In this document: in pieces, positions 53,942 through 63,427 of the stretch
Layout of the letters: every line of letters starts with the position of its first letter
How positions within the stretch are numbered: position 1 is the stretch's first letter
NCBI GenBank assembly: GCA_964442705.1
Contig: CAYUAQ010000005.1
Coordinates: forward strand, 1,102 to 65,101
Direction of reading: 5' to 3'
Length of the DNA stretch: 64,000 bases
DNA from: an uncultured Desulfobacteraceae bacterium
Lineage (GTDB): Bacteria; Desulfobacterota; Desulfobacteria; Desulfobacterales; JALSRD01
Made by a program: the position numbers and the translations under genes
The notes under the pieces: model-generated
Database searches by the model: none
The model's input: only the letters and a program-made list of their open reading frames with translations
What the model was told of the DNA's origin: nothing

Positions 53942-54892
53942 TCACTGGGCCCGCATGGTGGGTACGAAGATCTGGTGCAGCATGGGCACGTCCACGAAGA
54001 GCAGCAGCAGCATCACGCCGACGCAAAGCGTTGCGAAAATGACGAATCCCCGCTGGCGATAGAGCCGTTCAGGGTATTGAGCCGGACTGTCGACCAGAAA
54101 ACCGAGATGAATATACCAGCCGATGAACCCGGCGATGAAAGGAAAAGACAGCAGCAGCTCCAGCCGGTAGCGCATGATAAAAACGCCGAAAAAAAGACCG
54201 AAAGCCACGGCGTAGTATGCCACACTGACCAGCAGCCGCTCTTCGTTGTAGTGCCCGAAACTGTTGCGATAATGGGAGGCCCTCTCAGGGTTGGCAATCT
54301 TGCGGTATTCGGCAAAGCGCTTGACCGCCATGAAAAAGGCACCCACCATCCAGTAGGCCACGATCAACGACACCGGGGGCAGTTTCACCATGCCGGCCGC
54401 ATACCAGCCCGCCAGCAGTCTCAGGGGGTTGTTGACGGCTTCGCTGAGGACATCCAGATAGGGCTTGTCTTTGGAACGAACGGGCGGGATGTTGTACACA
54501 CACCCCATGACCCACAGGCCGGCGGAAACCATGAAGAGCTGTTTTCCCAGAACGGCTGAAAACCCCAGGCCGACCGCCGCCAGCAGGATCCATTCGGTAT
54601 AGGCAGCACCGGCATTCACCTGTCCCGAGGGAACCGGGCGGTATTTTTTCACGGGATGCAGGGCATCGTGGGGCGCATCGATGAGCTCGTTGATGACATA
54701 GTTGCTCGATGCCACCAGGCCGAAGGCTATCAGCGCCGCCGCCACTCGCCACAGCAGTTGCCAGCCCACAATCAGGGGGTTGTCGTACACCGCCAGAACG
54801 ATACCCGGCAGCATGAAGACGTTTTTAAACCAGTGGTCGAAGCGGGCGATTTTCAGGTAAGGGTTCAGGCTCATGGCAGTTTGGCTGTTCAT
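53942..54892 (-). CDS. UbiA-superfamily prenyl-phosphate transferase, decaprenyl-phosphate phosphoribosyltransferase (DPPR synthase)-like
   Basis: 316-aa polytopic ORF. HWFKNVFML, SNYVINELIDAPHDALHPVKKYRPVPSGQV and AVKRFAEYRKI parallel the Rv3806c-type pattern (QWVKNV.., NDxxDxxxDxxHPxKxxRPxxxG), recalled from memory. Confidence 0.8.
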   Translation of the reverse strand: MNSQTAMSLNPYLKIARFDHWFKNVFMLPGIVLAVYDNPLIVGWQLLWRVAAALIAFGLVASSNYVINELIDAPHDALHPVKKYRPVPSGQVNAGAAYTEWILLAAVGLGFSAVLGKQLFMVSAGLWVMGCVYNIPPVRSKDKPYLDVLSEAVNNPLRLLAGWYAAGMVKLPPVSLIVAYWMVGAFFMAVKRFAEYRKIANPERASHYRNSFGHYNEERLLVSVAYYAVAFGLFFGVFIMRYRLELLLSFPFIAGFIGWYIHLGFLVDSPAQYPERLYRQRGFVIFATLCVGVMLLLLFVDVPMLHQIFVPTMRAQ

Positions 54893-54946
54893 CTCCGGAG
54901 GTGATGGCTTAAGAGGGCCTATGGCCGCAGACCTACATAACTTCGA

Positions 54947-55786
54947 TCACGAGGCCAGAAAACTTTCCACCCTCCGGCGCCGGTCCCCTGTGTGTGCCAG
55001 AAGGTACGGGGACCACAACGCCAGTGCAAAGGTGCCCATCAGCACCGCGCCCCAGGCGCACTTGACCACAACCACCCGCCATACGGAACTGTCGGCGCGT
55101 ATGCGCGCGGCATCTACGGTAATATTGAGCGGCCCCCAGACGCGCAGCGTGTGCCCGTCGATGTCTTTGATGGCCCCACTTTCAGACGCTGCGGTCAGAG
55201 ACACGATGGTCCTGCCGGTGTACTCCGCCAGGGCGATGTAAAAGAAAAAAAGATCCGTACCGTATGACAGCCTCTGTATGTCGCAGGGGAAAAAGTGGCG
55301 CCCGTAATACAGACGACGAGGACGTTGCCCCGGATAAAAGCGTAGGGGTTGGCTGTTTTTTCCAATAGGCGCGGGCAGAATGAAATCAAGATCGGTGGCG
55401 GTGGCCCCCCGTGATCGGTAAATCGAAACAAAAACATCGCTCCGGCCTGATAAGGACTGCCGCAGGGAAAACTCCATGGATTCCGGCACCACCCCGATCC
55501 TCAGGGCTATGCCCGTAAGGGGCAGCGGGGTGAAAAAAACGAAGGCGACGACGACCGTGGCCGCGCCGGACAGGCACCACAGAGACAGACGTCTTTTCCG
55601 TAAGGCACCCGTTTGGCGGTCAACGAGGACGGCGATGGCCAGTCCCAGGAGAAACGACGCCGGCGCACAGGCAAGATAGATGTTGTGGGCGCAGAGACGA
55701 AAGACCAGGATCCCGAGCAGGGCCGCCGCGCCGACATACAGCAGGAAAACACCGGACCAGAAAAAGGCTCTCTGGGATGGCTCCAT
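54947..55786 (-). CDS. Hypothetical membrane protein (3 N-terminal TM, extracytoplasmic domain, C-terminal TM)
   Basis: 279-aa ORF called on its hydrophobicity pattern only. Confidence 0.5.
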   Translation of the reverse strand: MEPSQRAFFWSGVFLLYVGAAALLGILVFRLCAHNIYLACAPASFLLGLAIAVLVDRQTGALRKRRLSLWCLSGAATVVVAFVFFTPLPLTGIALRIGVVPESMEFSLRQSLSGRSDVFVSIYRSRGATATDLDFILPAPIGKNSQPLRFYPGQRPRRLYYGRHFFPCDIQRLSYGTDLFFFYIALAEYTGRTIVSLTAASESGAIKDIDGHTLRVWGPLNITVDAARIRADSSVWRVVVVKCAWGAVLMGTFALALWSPYLLAHTGDRRRRVESFLAS

Positions 55787-55822
55787 GCCGTGAGTGCAAT
55801 CGTCTGGTGTAATCAGGATCCG

Positions 55823-58081
55823 CTATCCCCTGGTGTCCGGCACCGGCGCTTTAAAATTGAGCCGCCGAACTTCCCATTTCCCGCCGCCCGCCGGATCTCC
55901 GGTCTTACCGTCACGCGGCCCGATCTCGATGACCACCCGATCCCCGCTCAGGTTCCCCATTGAATCCGAGGGCAGCAAAAACCGGAAATCCTGCCACTCG
56001 GTGGACAATTCCCCCTGTGCCGCCTCCCGCCCATTGACCGTGACACGAAAAGACCCTGCTGAACCTGGATGGCCTCCAGCCAACCGAGCCGAAAAAGTGA
56101 ACAGCGCCTTTTCCCTGAGCACATCGGATCTGACAAGCCGCAGAATGCGGCTCCCGGTAAAAACCTCCTGCCGGGGTTTGTAAAGCGAATAAATGCCATC
56201 CCGGGCCACCAGCCGCCAGTGTTTATCGATATGCGCCCACGGAAAAGGCTTGTGCCACCCCTTGGCGAGCCAGCGCGTGGCGGGACGGTCTATCACCAAA
56301 AAAACCCTGGGCCATATCTGTGTCAACCGCCGCGTGACCTCTTCAATATTCCAACCGCGCATCAGCTGCTCCAGCTCCGTGAACAGCCGCGGCACAAAAC
56401 CGGAAATCCCATTAACGGTGAAATGAAAATCACCGATGGTGTTCATGATGATGTTGTTGTTGATGACTTTGGGTTCCGTGGGAATTTGAAACAGGACGCT
56501 TTCGGCAGGCAGCTGCCGGACGCGCTGCATGACCGGGGAATGGACCAGGTTGACATAGTCTTCGTAACGGTATTTGATGTGAGAGGCCTCGTAGACCAGC
56601 ATTCCCATAAGCATCGGTACAATCCAGACGAGCCGCTTGTCGATGTAGACCAGCCGGTGCAGGGTAAAACTCCCGGCGACCACCAGGTAGGTCAACGGAA
56701 TGATGGCAAAACGCGTCAACCCTCTCACCAGCCCGAAGATCGGTGTGGCGGTGAACAGTGCCGCCAGGGGGCCGTATCCCAGTTTCAGCAGCTGGGTGTC
56801 GTGCCGTACCGTAATCACCGGCCCCAGGCTGATGAAAAAACACAGTACCGCACCTGCCGCCAGTGCACCGATCAACCTCTCTTCGCGGCCGCCCTTTGAA
56901 GGCATCAGAATTTGCAGACCATAGAGTGCCAGCAGCAGGAGGGACACCGGCAGCAGCAGGACGTGCAGCCCACGGAATTTTCCGGAATAGGCATTGGCGA
57001 TGAGCACCGCCCAGAACAGTGTCCACAGGAAAAACTTGGCAACCGCCGTTATCAGCGCGACCCGGCCCTTTTTTTCCCTTTTCCACGGCAGCCGGGAGGC
57101 ACCGGCGCCGATAAAGACCAGCGTGAGCAGTGCCAGCACGCTGCCGGGAAACAGATAGGTTTCGGTCCAGCGCACCGGCGGATTGAACAGCGAATAAATC
57201 AGGTACGCCGAGCGCGTGTCCACATAGTGCAGCGCTTGGGCGTGGCTGATCTGAAAATCCCTCAGCCCACGGACGTATCCCCCCTCCATACGCAGAATGA
57301 CATAAGGATATAGGTAGGCGGCCGCGATGATGGCCACGCCGGCCACCATGAGCGCCCCGGAAAGATAAAAACGCCCGCTTTTCAACAGCTGACGATGGTT
57401 GACCACGTGAACGATTAAAACACACCCCAGCGGGAAAGCGACCATGTAGGTGTAATAGATGCAGGATGTGACGGCGATGTAAAATCCGGCACAGAACCAC
57501 AGCGCACGCCTGACCGTCGGCTCCCTCAGCCAGCGGATGAACAGCAGCAGTATCAACGGGATGACGAAGGTCAGGATCATGTTGAATTCGATGTAAAAGG
57601 CCATCATGAAGGGCATGAGGCAGTAAATGAAGCTTCCCAGGTATCCGGCCGCACGCCCGATCTTGAGCTCCCGCAGGAGCGCATACATGCTCACGCCGGC
57701 CAGCGCCCAGAAGAACAGCATGGTGCCGTTGAAGGCCAGAAAGCGGTTGTGGCTGACGGCCCACAGGGCCGCATACAGGAAGGACTCGGGCCACAACATT
57801 TCACCAAAAGCCAGGGTGTACAGGTGCGGATAGAAGTAGTCTGCGTTGTAATGGGGAAAGAGAATGCTGCCCTGCAGAATATGCTGGGCGTTCCAAGCCA
57901 TCCAGTGTCCCATTACCTTGGGGTCCCAGTGCTCCCCCAGCCCGGTGAAAAAATAGGCTTTCCACGGCCGGACACTGAACAGCACCGCAAGCGCCAGCGC
58001 ACTGAAAAGGATGGCCCTTTCCACGGGATTTCCCAGGCGTCGCAACAGGGTCCCGTGATGTGGTTTCCGCATTTCCATCAA
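55823..58081 (-). CDS. Large polytopic membrane protein with C-terminal soluble domain, GT-C-like candidate
   Basis: 752-aa ORF with at least 12 TM helices, an early loop GEHWDPKVMGHWMAW and a C-terminal beta-rich domain of about 200 aa. The start is TTG58081 or ATG58078, overlapping the upstream stop. Confidence 0.6.
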   Translation of the reverse strand: MMEMRKPHHGTLLRRLGNPVERAILFSALALAVLFSVRPWKAYFFTGLGEHWDPKVMGHWMAWNAQHILQGSILFPHYNADYFYPHLYTLAFGEMLWPESFLYAALWAVSHNRFLAFNGTMLFFWALAGVSMYALLRELKIGRAAGYLGSFIYCLMPFMMAFYIEFNMILTFVIPLILLLFIRWLREPTVRRALWFCAGFYIAVTSCIYYTYMVAFPLGCVLIVHVVNHRQLLKSGRFYLSGALMVAGVAIIAAAYLYPYVILRMEGGYVRGLRDFQISHAQALHYVDTRSAYLIYSLFNPPVRWTETYLFPGSVLALLTLVFIGAGASRLPWKREKKGRVALITAVAKFFLWTLFWAVLIANAYSGKFRGLHVLLLPVSLLLLALYGLQILMPSKGGREERLIGALAAGAVLCFFISLGPVITVRHDTQLLKLGYGPLAALFTATPIFGLVRGLTRFAIIPLTYLVVAGSFTLHRLVYIDKRLVWIVPMLMGMLVYEASHIKYRYEDYVNLVHSPVMQRVRQLPAESVLFQIPTEPKVINNNIIMNTIGDFHFTVNGISGFVPRLFTELEQLMRGWNIEEVTRRLTQIWPRVFLVIDRPATRWLAKGWHKPFPWAHIDKHWRLVARDGIYSLYKPRQEVFTGSRILRLVRSDVLREKALFTFSARLAGGHPGSAGSFRVTVNGREAAQGELSTEWQDFRFLLPSDSMGNLSGDRVVIEIGPRDGKTGDPAGGGKWEVRRLNFKAPVPDTRG

Positions 58082-59091
58082 CCGGTGGAGGCCTCGCCGG
58101 TATTGTCGGCACCGCTTCGCAGTTTTTCCAAATCGAGCGTTTTTTTCTCTTTCAAATAAAAAATGCCACCGACGAGACTCAGGGGAATAAGCAGCGCACG
58201 GATCACCAGCATCATCATAAGGGCGGCGTCGAAGGTCATGCCCATGTCCCCCATGACGTAGATAAAAGAGCCGTCAAACAGTCCGATGCCGTTCAGGGAC
58301 ACCGGGATCAAGGCCGCCAGGTTGCTGATGGCGGCACCCAGCACCAGCCGCGCCAGGCCCGACGGATCGCCGGCGGCGTACGAGAGAATCAGCATCCAGG
58401 AAAGCGTGAACAGGTGGAAGCCGAACGATATGGCGATGACCTGAAGGGTCTTTGCAGGCTGCCGTCGATAGTCAGCTGAAAGCGCCAGCACTTTCTTCAG
58501 TTTGGCGGGAAACCACCTGGCCGCCAGCAGCCATGACTGGGCGCGCCCCGAAACCGTCATGAACAGAATCGGGGACAGGGCGACGGCCCCAAAAACCAGG
58601 GTGACGGGAAAGAGCCACGGCGGATGGAAATCCCCCTGGGCATGGACAATTGCCCCGCCCATGGCCGCCAACGCCACCAGCGCCCAGATGCCGGTCAGGC
58701 GTTCGGTCAGCACGGCGACCACGGCGGCTGCGCGGCTGGGGTGATTCCGCGCTGTCTGGTAGATGCGGTAGACGTCGCCGCCGATGTTGCTGGGCAAAAA
58801 GTTGTTAAAAAAAACAGACGTGAAATAATACCCCTGCAGCCGATTGAAGCCGAAGTGCAACCCGTGAACCGACAGAATGAGGCGCCACTTGTAGGTGCTG
58901 ATGGTGACGCCCAGCAGCATGCCGACGAAAACGGCGCTTATCATCAACGGGTTGGCCCGCCTGAGTGTGTCCCAGATGGCGCGCCAATCCCCCTGCCAGA
59001 TGATCAGGGTGCACAGGGTTGCCGTGACCAGGCCCTTTAATATGGTTTTGGCGCGGCCGCTGAGCACGAATTTTCGGGAAGCCTTTTCCAC
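58078..59091 (-). CDS. Flippase-like membrane protein (LPG-synthase TM-domain / UPF0104 family)
   Basis: 337-aa ORF with 8 TM helices and YKWRLIL..NFLPSNIGGDVYR, characteristic of the family. Confidence 0.65.
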   Translation of the reverse strand: MEKASRKFVLSGRAKTILKGLVTATLCTLIIWQGDWRAIWDTLRRANPLMISAVFVGMLLGVTISTYKWRLILSVHGLHFGFNRLQGYYFTSVFFNNFLPSNIGGDVYRIYQTARNHPSRAAAVVAVLTERLTGIWALVALAAMGGAIVHAQGDFHPPWLFPVTLVFGAVALSPILFMTVSGRAQSWLLAARWFPAKLKKVLALSADYRRQPAKTLQVIAISFGFHLFTLSWMLILSYAAGDPSGLARLVLGAAISNLAALIPVSLNGIGLFDGSFIYVMGDMGMTFDAALMMMLVIRALLIPLSLVGGIFYLKEKKTLDLEKLRSGADNTGEASTG

Positions 59092-59106
59092 CGCCCAATA
59101 CCTGGT

Positions 59107-59880
59107 TCAATCCCGCATCCGCACCACCCTGGCCGGGATGCCCACGGCAATGGCGCGGTCGGGAATGTTGCCATTCACCATGGCGCAGGCCCCCACCACG
59201 GCACCTTCTCCGATGGTGACGCCGTCCAGAACGGTGACCCGTGTTCCCAGCCAGGCGCCGGATCCGATGCGAATGGGCCCGGTGGTGTATACCTCCTGGT
59301 CCATGACGGCTTCCGAGCCTTCGAAACGGTAGGCCCCGGCGCTCAGGTAGCAGCCCCCGGCCGTCAGCACGGCTTCTCCGGTTTCGACGCCGTCCATGGA
59401 AACCACCACGGAGTTGCTGCCCAGGCTGGTGCGGCGGCCGAAGCGAATGGGCCCGTTCTTGGCCAGCAGCAGGCAGTTCCGGTTGATCAGCACCCGGTCA
59501 CCCAGAACCAGGCCTGCTTCGCCGGCACCGCGTGCATCCAGCACACAGTTGTCGTCCACGGTGACATGACTGCCCAGGTAAATGTTGTGGGGGTGCCGAA
59601 AGGTGACGTTGCGCCCGATGATCACGCCCCGGCCGAACCCACCGAACAAGCGCGGATAGAATTGTTTGCGCAGCAAAAAGCCCACCCCACCGGGCAGGGG
59701 CCCCAGCACGGCGGTCAGCAGTTCGTAGACCGCAAAACGCGAAAAATCCGGCCTGCCGCAAGTCAGGGCCCGGTAGGTATCTAGGGGCGGGGATTTTTCA
59801 TCCGCCAGCCGGTGCCGGATGTTGTCGGCCTTGTCGATGATTTTGATTTTCTGTGGTGACGTCTTCACGCGGTGCCTCAT
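59107..59880 (-). CDS. Hexapeptide-repeat (LbH) acetyl/acyltransferase
   Basis: 257-aa ORF with multiple [LIV]-G-x4 repeats (IGRNVTF.., LGDRVLINRNCLL.., IGSGAWLGTRVTVLDGVTIGEGAVVGA). Confidence 0.8.
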   Translation of the reverse strand: MRHRVKTSPQKIKIIDKADNIRHRLADEKSPPLDTYRALTCGRPDFSRFAVYELLTAVLGPLPGGVGFLLRKQFYPRLFGGFGRGVIIGRNVTFRHPHNIYLGSHVTVDDNCVLDARGAGEAGLVLGDRVLINRNCLLLAKNGPIRFGRRTSLGSNSVVVSMDGVETGEAVLTAGGCYLSAGAYRFEGSEAVMDQEVYTTGPIRIGSGAWLGTRVTVLDGVTIGEGAVVGACAMVNGNIPDRAIAVGIPARVVRMRD

Positions 59881-59886
59881 TCCTTG

Positions 59887-60618
59887 CTATTTTCGACACA
59901 CGGCCGCTATTTTTTTGGTGAATATCCGGTTGGTTTTACCATAATACTTAAAGCTTATCCTCAATATCATCTGGATAATCGTATCCAGAAACTGTCCGAT
60001 GTAATTGGCCGGGTTTTCGTAAAAAATATAGAGGTTGAGCGGAAACACGGTGATGTTTTTAAAGCCGCTGTAGTCCAGCACCTGTCGCAGGCTGTACTCG
60101 GTCATGGTGTTGTAGTGGTCGAAGTTCTGGGCCAGCGCTTCCGAGCCGGTGATGGGATTGGCGCCGTTCAGCGAGTGCACCGCCAGCAGGCCGCCGGGTT
60201 TCAGGCTGCCGTGGCACAGGGACAGAAAGCGCAGGATTTCCGGCTTGGTGAGATGATTTAGCTCCTGTTCGGCGAAAATGGCGTCGTAGGCCCCGGGGTT
60301 GTCTTTGAGGAAAGTGAAGGCATTGGCCACCTGGCAGTCGAGCCGCCTCGCCTTTGCGTAGGCGACCTTGTCCGCGTCGGCGTCGATCCCCAGAACACTG
60401 CCGACGCCCATTTTTTTCAGCAGATCTACAAAATAGCCGGGACCGCAGCTGATCACCAGTACGCTGTCGCCAGGCTTTATGGTCATGTACTTCAGATAGT
60501 TTCGCCGGTAGAACTTGCCAAAGGTGTCGTAGCCTTTTTCGATGTTGGCGGGGGCCTCCCAGAAGGTATCGAAAGGTTCGATCTGTGCCGTCAGTTTTTT
60601 ATCGACTTGCATGTTCAT
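59887..60618 (-). CDS. Class I SAM-dependent methyltransferase
   Basis: 243-aa ORF with motif I VLVISCGPGYF, plus DAIFAEQELNHL and LKPGGLLAV. Confidence 0.8.
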   Translation of the reverse strand: MNMQVDKKLTAQIEPFDTFWEAPANIEKGYDTFGKFYRRNYLKYMTIKPGDSVLVISCGPGYFVDLLKKMGVGSVLGIDADADKVAYAKARRLDCQVANAFTFLKDNPGAYDAIFAEQELNHLTKPEILRFLSLCHGSLKPGGLLAVHSLNGANPITGSEALAQNFDHYNTMTEYSLRQVLDYSGFKNITVFPLNLYIFYENPANYIGQFLDTIIQMILRISFKYYGKTNRIFTKKIAAVCRK

Positions 60619-60724
60619 CTCCTTGTGGGCATTTTACGGGGGGTTGATGTGCCCGGGCAGGACGGGTCCTGCAGATTGCCACTCCTGAAAAACGCTGAAA
60701 AGATGGCGAGAGGCGAGCGCGCTG

Positions 60725-61717
60725 TTAAAGCATACGGTGCCGGCGGTACCAGTCGGCTGTTCGGGCGGCCCCCTCGTCAAAGGCGACTTGCGGAACGAAA
60801 CCTAGAATTTCGGCCGATTTGCGGCGTGAAAACAAAAAACTCTTGCGGAAAAAGTCCATGCGCCGCCGGTGCAGCGGCGGCTGGATACCCAGGGGCCGCA
60901 GCGTCAGCTCCATGGCGGCGGCGGCCATCATGAAAGGCAGCATGGGGGCCTGTAGCCTTGGGAGCCGCCTGTCCAGTACGCGGGCCACGCTGCGCACCAT
61001 CTCCCGTGTGGTAAGCGGTTCTTTTCCGGCCAGCACGAACAGGCCACCGGCTGCATTTTCATTTTCGGCGGCCAGCAGCAACCCGTCGATGAGGTCCTGG
61101 ATGTAGATCAGGTGATGGATATTGTCGCCGCTGCCGATGATGAAGAAGGTGCCTTTCTGGACACCTCTGAAAAGCTTCAGCAGCCGGCGGTCGCCGGGGC
61201 CATAGGTTTCGGAAATACGAATAGCCACCACCGGCAGCCGGTCCCTGTAAGCCATGACGGCCCTCTCACCGGCCAGTTTGGTGATGCCGTAAATGTTGTC
61301 GGGTCGCAGCGGGGAGTCTTCGTCGATAACGCCGCCCAGCGCCGAACCGTAAACACCGATGGTGCTGCCGTGCACGAAACGCTTCACCCCGACGGCGGCG
61401 CTGGCCGCCAGCACGGTTTGGGTGCCCCTGAGATTGACGTCCCAGAAAACCTGGTCCGGCACGTTGGCTTCGTGCTGGGCCGCAGCCAGGTGAAAGACCA
61501 CCTCGCTCCCCTCGGCCGCTTCCACGACACGGGCCTTTTCGGTCATGGAGCCCAGGATGATTTCAGCGCCGCCGCTTTTGAGCGTGTCGGCATTGGCCCT
61601 CTCGGCCGGTGTGTTCAGCCGGCCGTAGATGCGCACCCTGTCGCCGCGCTGCAGGCAGTGCAGGGCCAGTCGCGAACCGATAAATCCCGTGCCGCCGGTG
61701 ATCAGTACAGTGGTCAT
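60725..61717 (-). CDS. NAD(P)-dependent extended SDR (epimerase/dehydratase/reductase family)
   Basis: 330-aa ORF with ITGGTGFIGSRL and YGITK (YxxxK). The start forms an ATGA overlap with the upstream FAD enzyme's stop. Confidence 0.85.
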   Translation of the reverse strand: MTTVLITGGTGFIGSRLALHCLQRGDRVRIYGRLNTPAERANADTLKSGGAEIILGSMTEKARVVEAAEGSEVVFHLAAAQHEANVPDQVFWDVNLRGTQTVLAASAAVGVKRFVHGSTIGVYGSALGGVIDEDSPLRPDNIYGITKLAGERAVMAYRDRLPVVAIRISETYGPGDRRLLKLFRGVQKGTFFIIGSGDNIHHLIYIQDLIDGLLLAAENENAAGGLFVLAGKEPLTTREMVRSVARVLDRRLPRLQAPMLPFMMAAAAMELTLRPLGIQPPLHRRRMDFFRKSFLFSRRKSAEILGFVPQVAFDEGAARTADWYRRHRML

Positions 61718-63402
61718 CTATCGCTCTCCGTCCCCCGCCAGGGATAGGCCTGGTAAGTTTCCTCGATTTCTTTTTCCAGGCGGCTGCGCCGCCAGCCCAG
61801 TTCCGCCGCCATGAGGGCGGCGCACTGCTCCAGCGCCCTCCGGGAAGGGGCGCAGCCGCTGCCGAGATCAGTGCGCCGCAGCACCACGTCGGACAGCTTG
61901 CAGGCCATCTCCGTTCTCACGGCGTGCAGAACCTCGCTCTCGATAACCGTCGAACCGCTTATGGCGGACAGATGCTGAAAATTTTTACCGGCGTGCTGCA
62001 GCACCTCCCCATAGGCCGATCCGTAGTTTCGAATCAGAGACGCCATCTGTTGCGGGCGCAGTTTGCCGCCGGCATCCCGTTTAAGCTTTTTCCTAAGGCG
62101 GCCGAAATCGTCGATATCTCCCCCGTGCAGGGGGACTCTGGCGGAGTCCGGAAAAGGTCCTCGCCTTCCCAGCTGGCGTGAAACCAGATCCATGGCCCTG
62201 GACGCCATGCCGCGGGCCGTGGTGGCCCTGACGCCGATGAGGGTCAGCAGTCCGCCCACGCCGTGCGTCTCGGCGTGATCGATTACCTGGGAACGTTTTC
62301 CGAAACTGATTTCCATGCTGCCCTGCCGGCCTTCCTCGCCAAAGAGCGTCAGCCCCATGTTGACCACCTGGATATCCTTCAGCGAAGGCACCAGGCCGGG
62401 ATAGGCCTTGTTAACCTCACGGGCGTACCCCCGCAGTTCTTCGGCCGTGACTGTCAGCGCCTCCGGCGGCTGGTCAAACACCTTGTGCCACACGCCCACG
62501 AGGGTGTGCCGGCGCCAGGGCACCGCAAACAGGTGCCGCCCCCCCCGGTCCACGATGGTGTCGGCGTCCCTTGTTTCCGTAGCCAGGGCCAACCCGCAAC
62601 GGCTTTCAAAACGCCGGGGAATGACAAAAGCCAGATCCCGGGAAAAGGTGGGGCGCGGATCGATGCTCAGGCCCAGGTCGTCCTCCATGATACGGTGCGC
62701 CCAGGGACCGGCCGTGTTGAGCACACAACGCCCCCTGATTTCGATGCTGCCGCCGCTCAGTATATCCAGGGCCCGCACTCCGGCGATGCGGCCCCCTTTT
62801 CTCAGGAACCCGGTGGCCTCCAGGTAGTTGGCGGCTACGGCGCCCCTTTCCACGGCGGATCTGACGAAGGCCAGCGCCAGCCGGGGCGGATTGTACATCT
62901 GGCCCTCTTCGAAAACGGCGGCGCCGGTGAGTCCCTCCCGCTTTATCCCCGGAAACCGCTTCAACACCTCGCGGGTGGAAAAAAAGTACCCGGGCCGGAT
63001 GCGCCTTTCCGGCAGCAGCCCCCGGTTGCGGTCCAGGGTCAGGGCATCGTAGAGCAACATGCCGGCCCCCAGAAAAGCTTTGCCCTTCACGCCGTGCCCG
63101 TAAGTGGGAATCACGATGGGCAGGGTATGCACCAAGTGCGGGGCGATGCGCAGCAGCGCCGAGCGTTCGCGGCTGGATTCTCGCAGCCGCCGGATGTCGC
63201 CGTGCTGCAGGTAGCGTATGCCGCAGTGCACCATCTTGAAGTGGTTGGCGGATGTGGCGTGGCAGAAATCACGCTTTTCCACCAGAGCCACGGAAAAACC
63301 CCGCAGGGCCGCCTCCCATGCGGCGCTGGCGCCGAAGATACCGCCGCCGACGACAACGATATCAAAGGGATGGCGTGTCAGGTCAGATAAATTTCTGATC
63401 AT
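61714..63402 (-). CDS. FAD-dependent oxidoreductase (GlpD/DAO-like fold)
   Basis: Start taken at MIRNLSDLTRHPFDIVVVGGGIFGASAAWEAALRG (ATG63402) inside track ORF 61714-63453. SANHFKMVHCGIRYL resembles the GlpD family. Confidence 0.85.
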   Translation of the reverse strand: MIRNLSDLTRHPFDIVVVGGGIFGASAAWEAALRGFSVALVEKRDFCHATSANHFKMVHCGIRYLQHGDIRRLRESSRERSALLRIAPHLVHTLPIVIPTYGHGVKGKAFLGAGMLLYDALTLDRNRGLLPERRIRPGYFFSTREVLKRFPGIKREGLTGAAVFEEGQMYNPPRLALAFVRSAVERGAVAANYLEATGFLRKGGRIAGVRALDILSGGSIEIRGRCVLNTAGPWAHRIMEDDLGLSIDPRPTFSRDLAFVIPRRFESRCGLALATETRDADTIVDRGGRHLFAVPWRRHTLVGVWHKVFDQPPEALTVTAEELRGYAREVNKAYPGLVPSLKDIQVVNMGLTLFGEEGRQGSMEISFGKRSQVIDHAETHGVGGLLTLIGVRATTARGMASRAMDLVSRQLGRRGPFPDSARVPLHGGDIDDFGRLRKKLKRDAGGKLRPQQMASLIRNYGSAYGEVLQHAGKNFQHLSAISGSTVIESEVLHAVRTEMACKLSDVVLRRTDLGSGCAPSRRALEQCAALMAAELGWRRSRLEKEIEETYQAYPWRGTESDR

Positions 63403-63427
63403 ATTGAAAGCTGACGATCGGCGGCAG

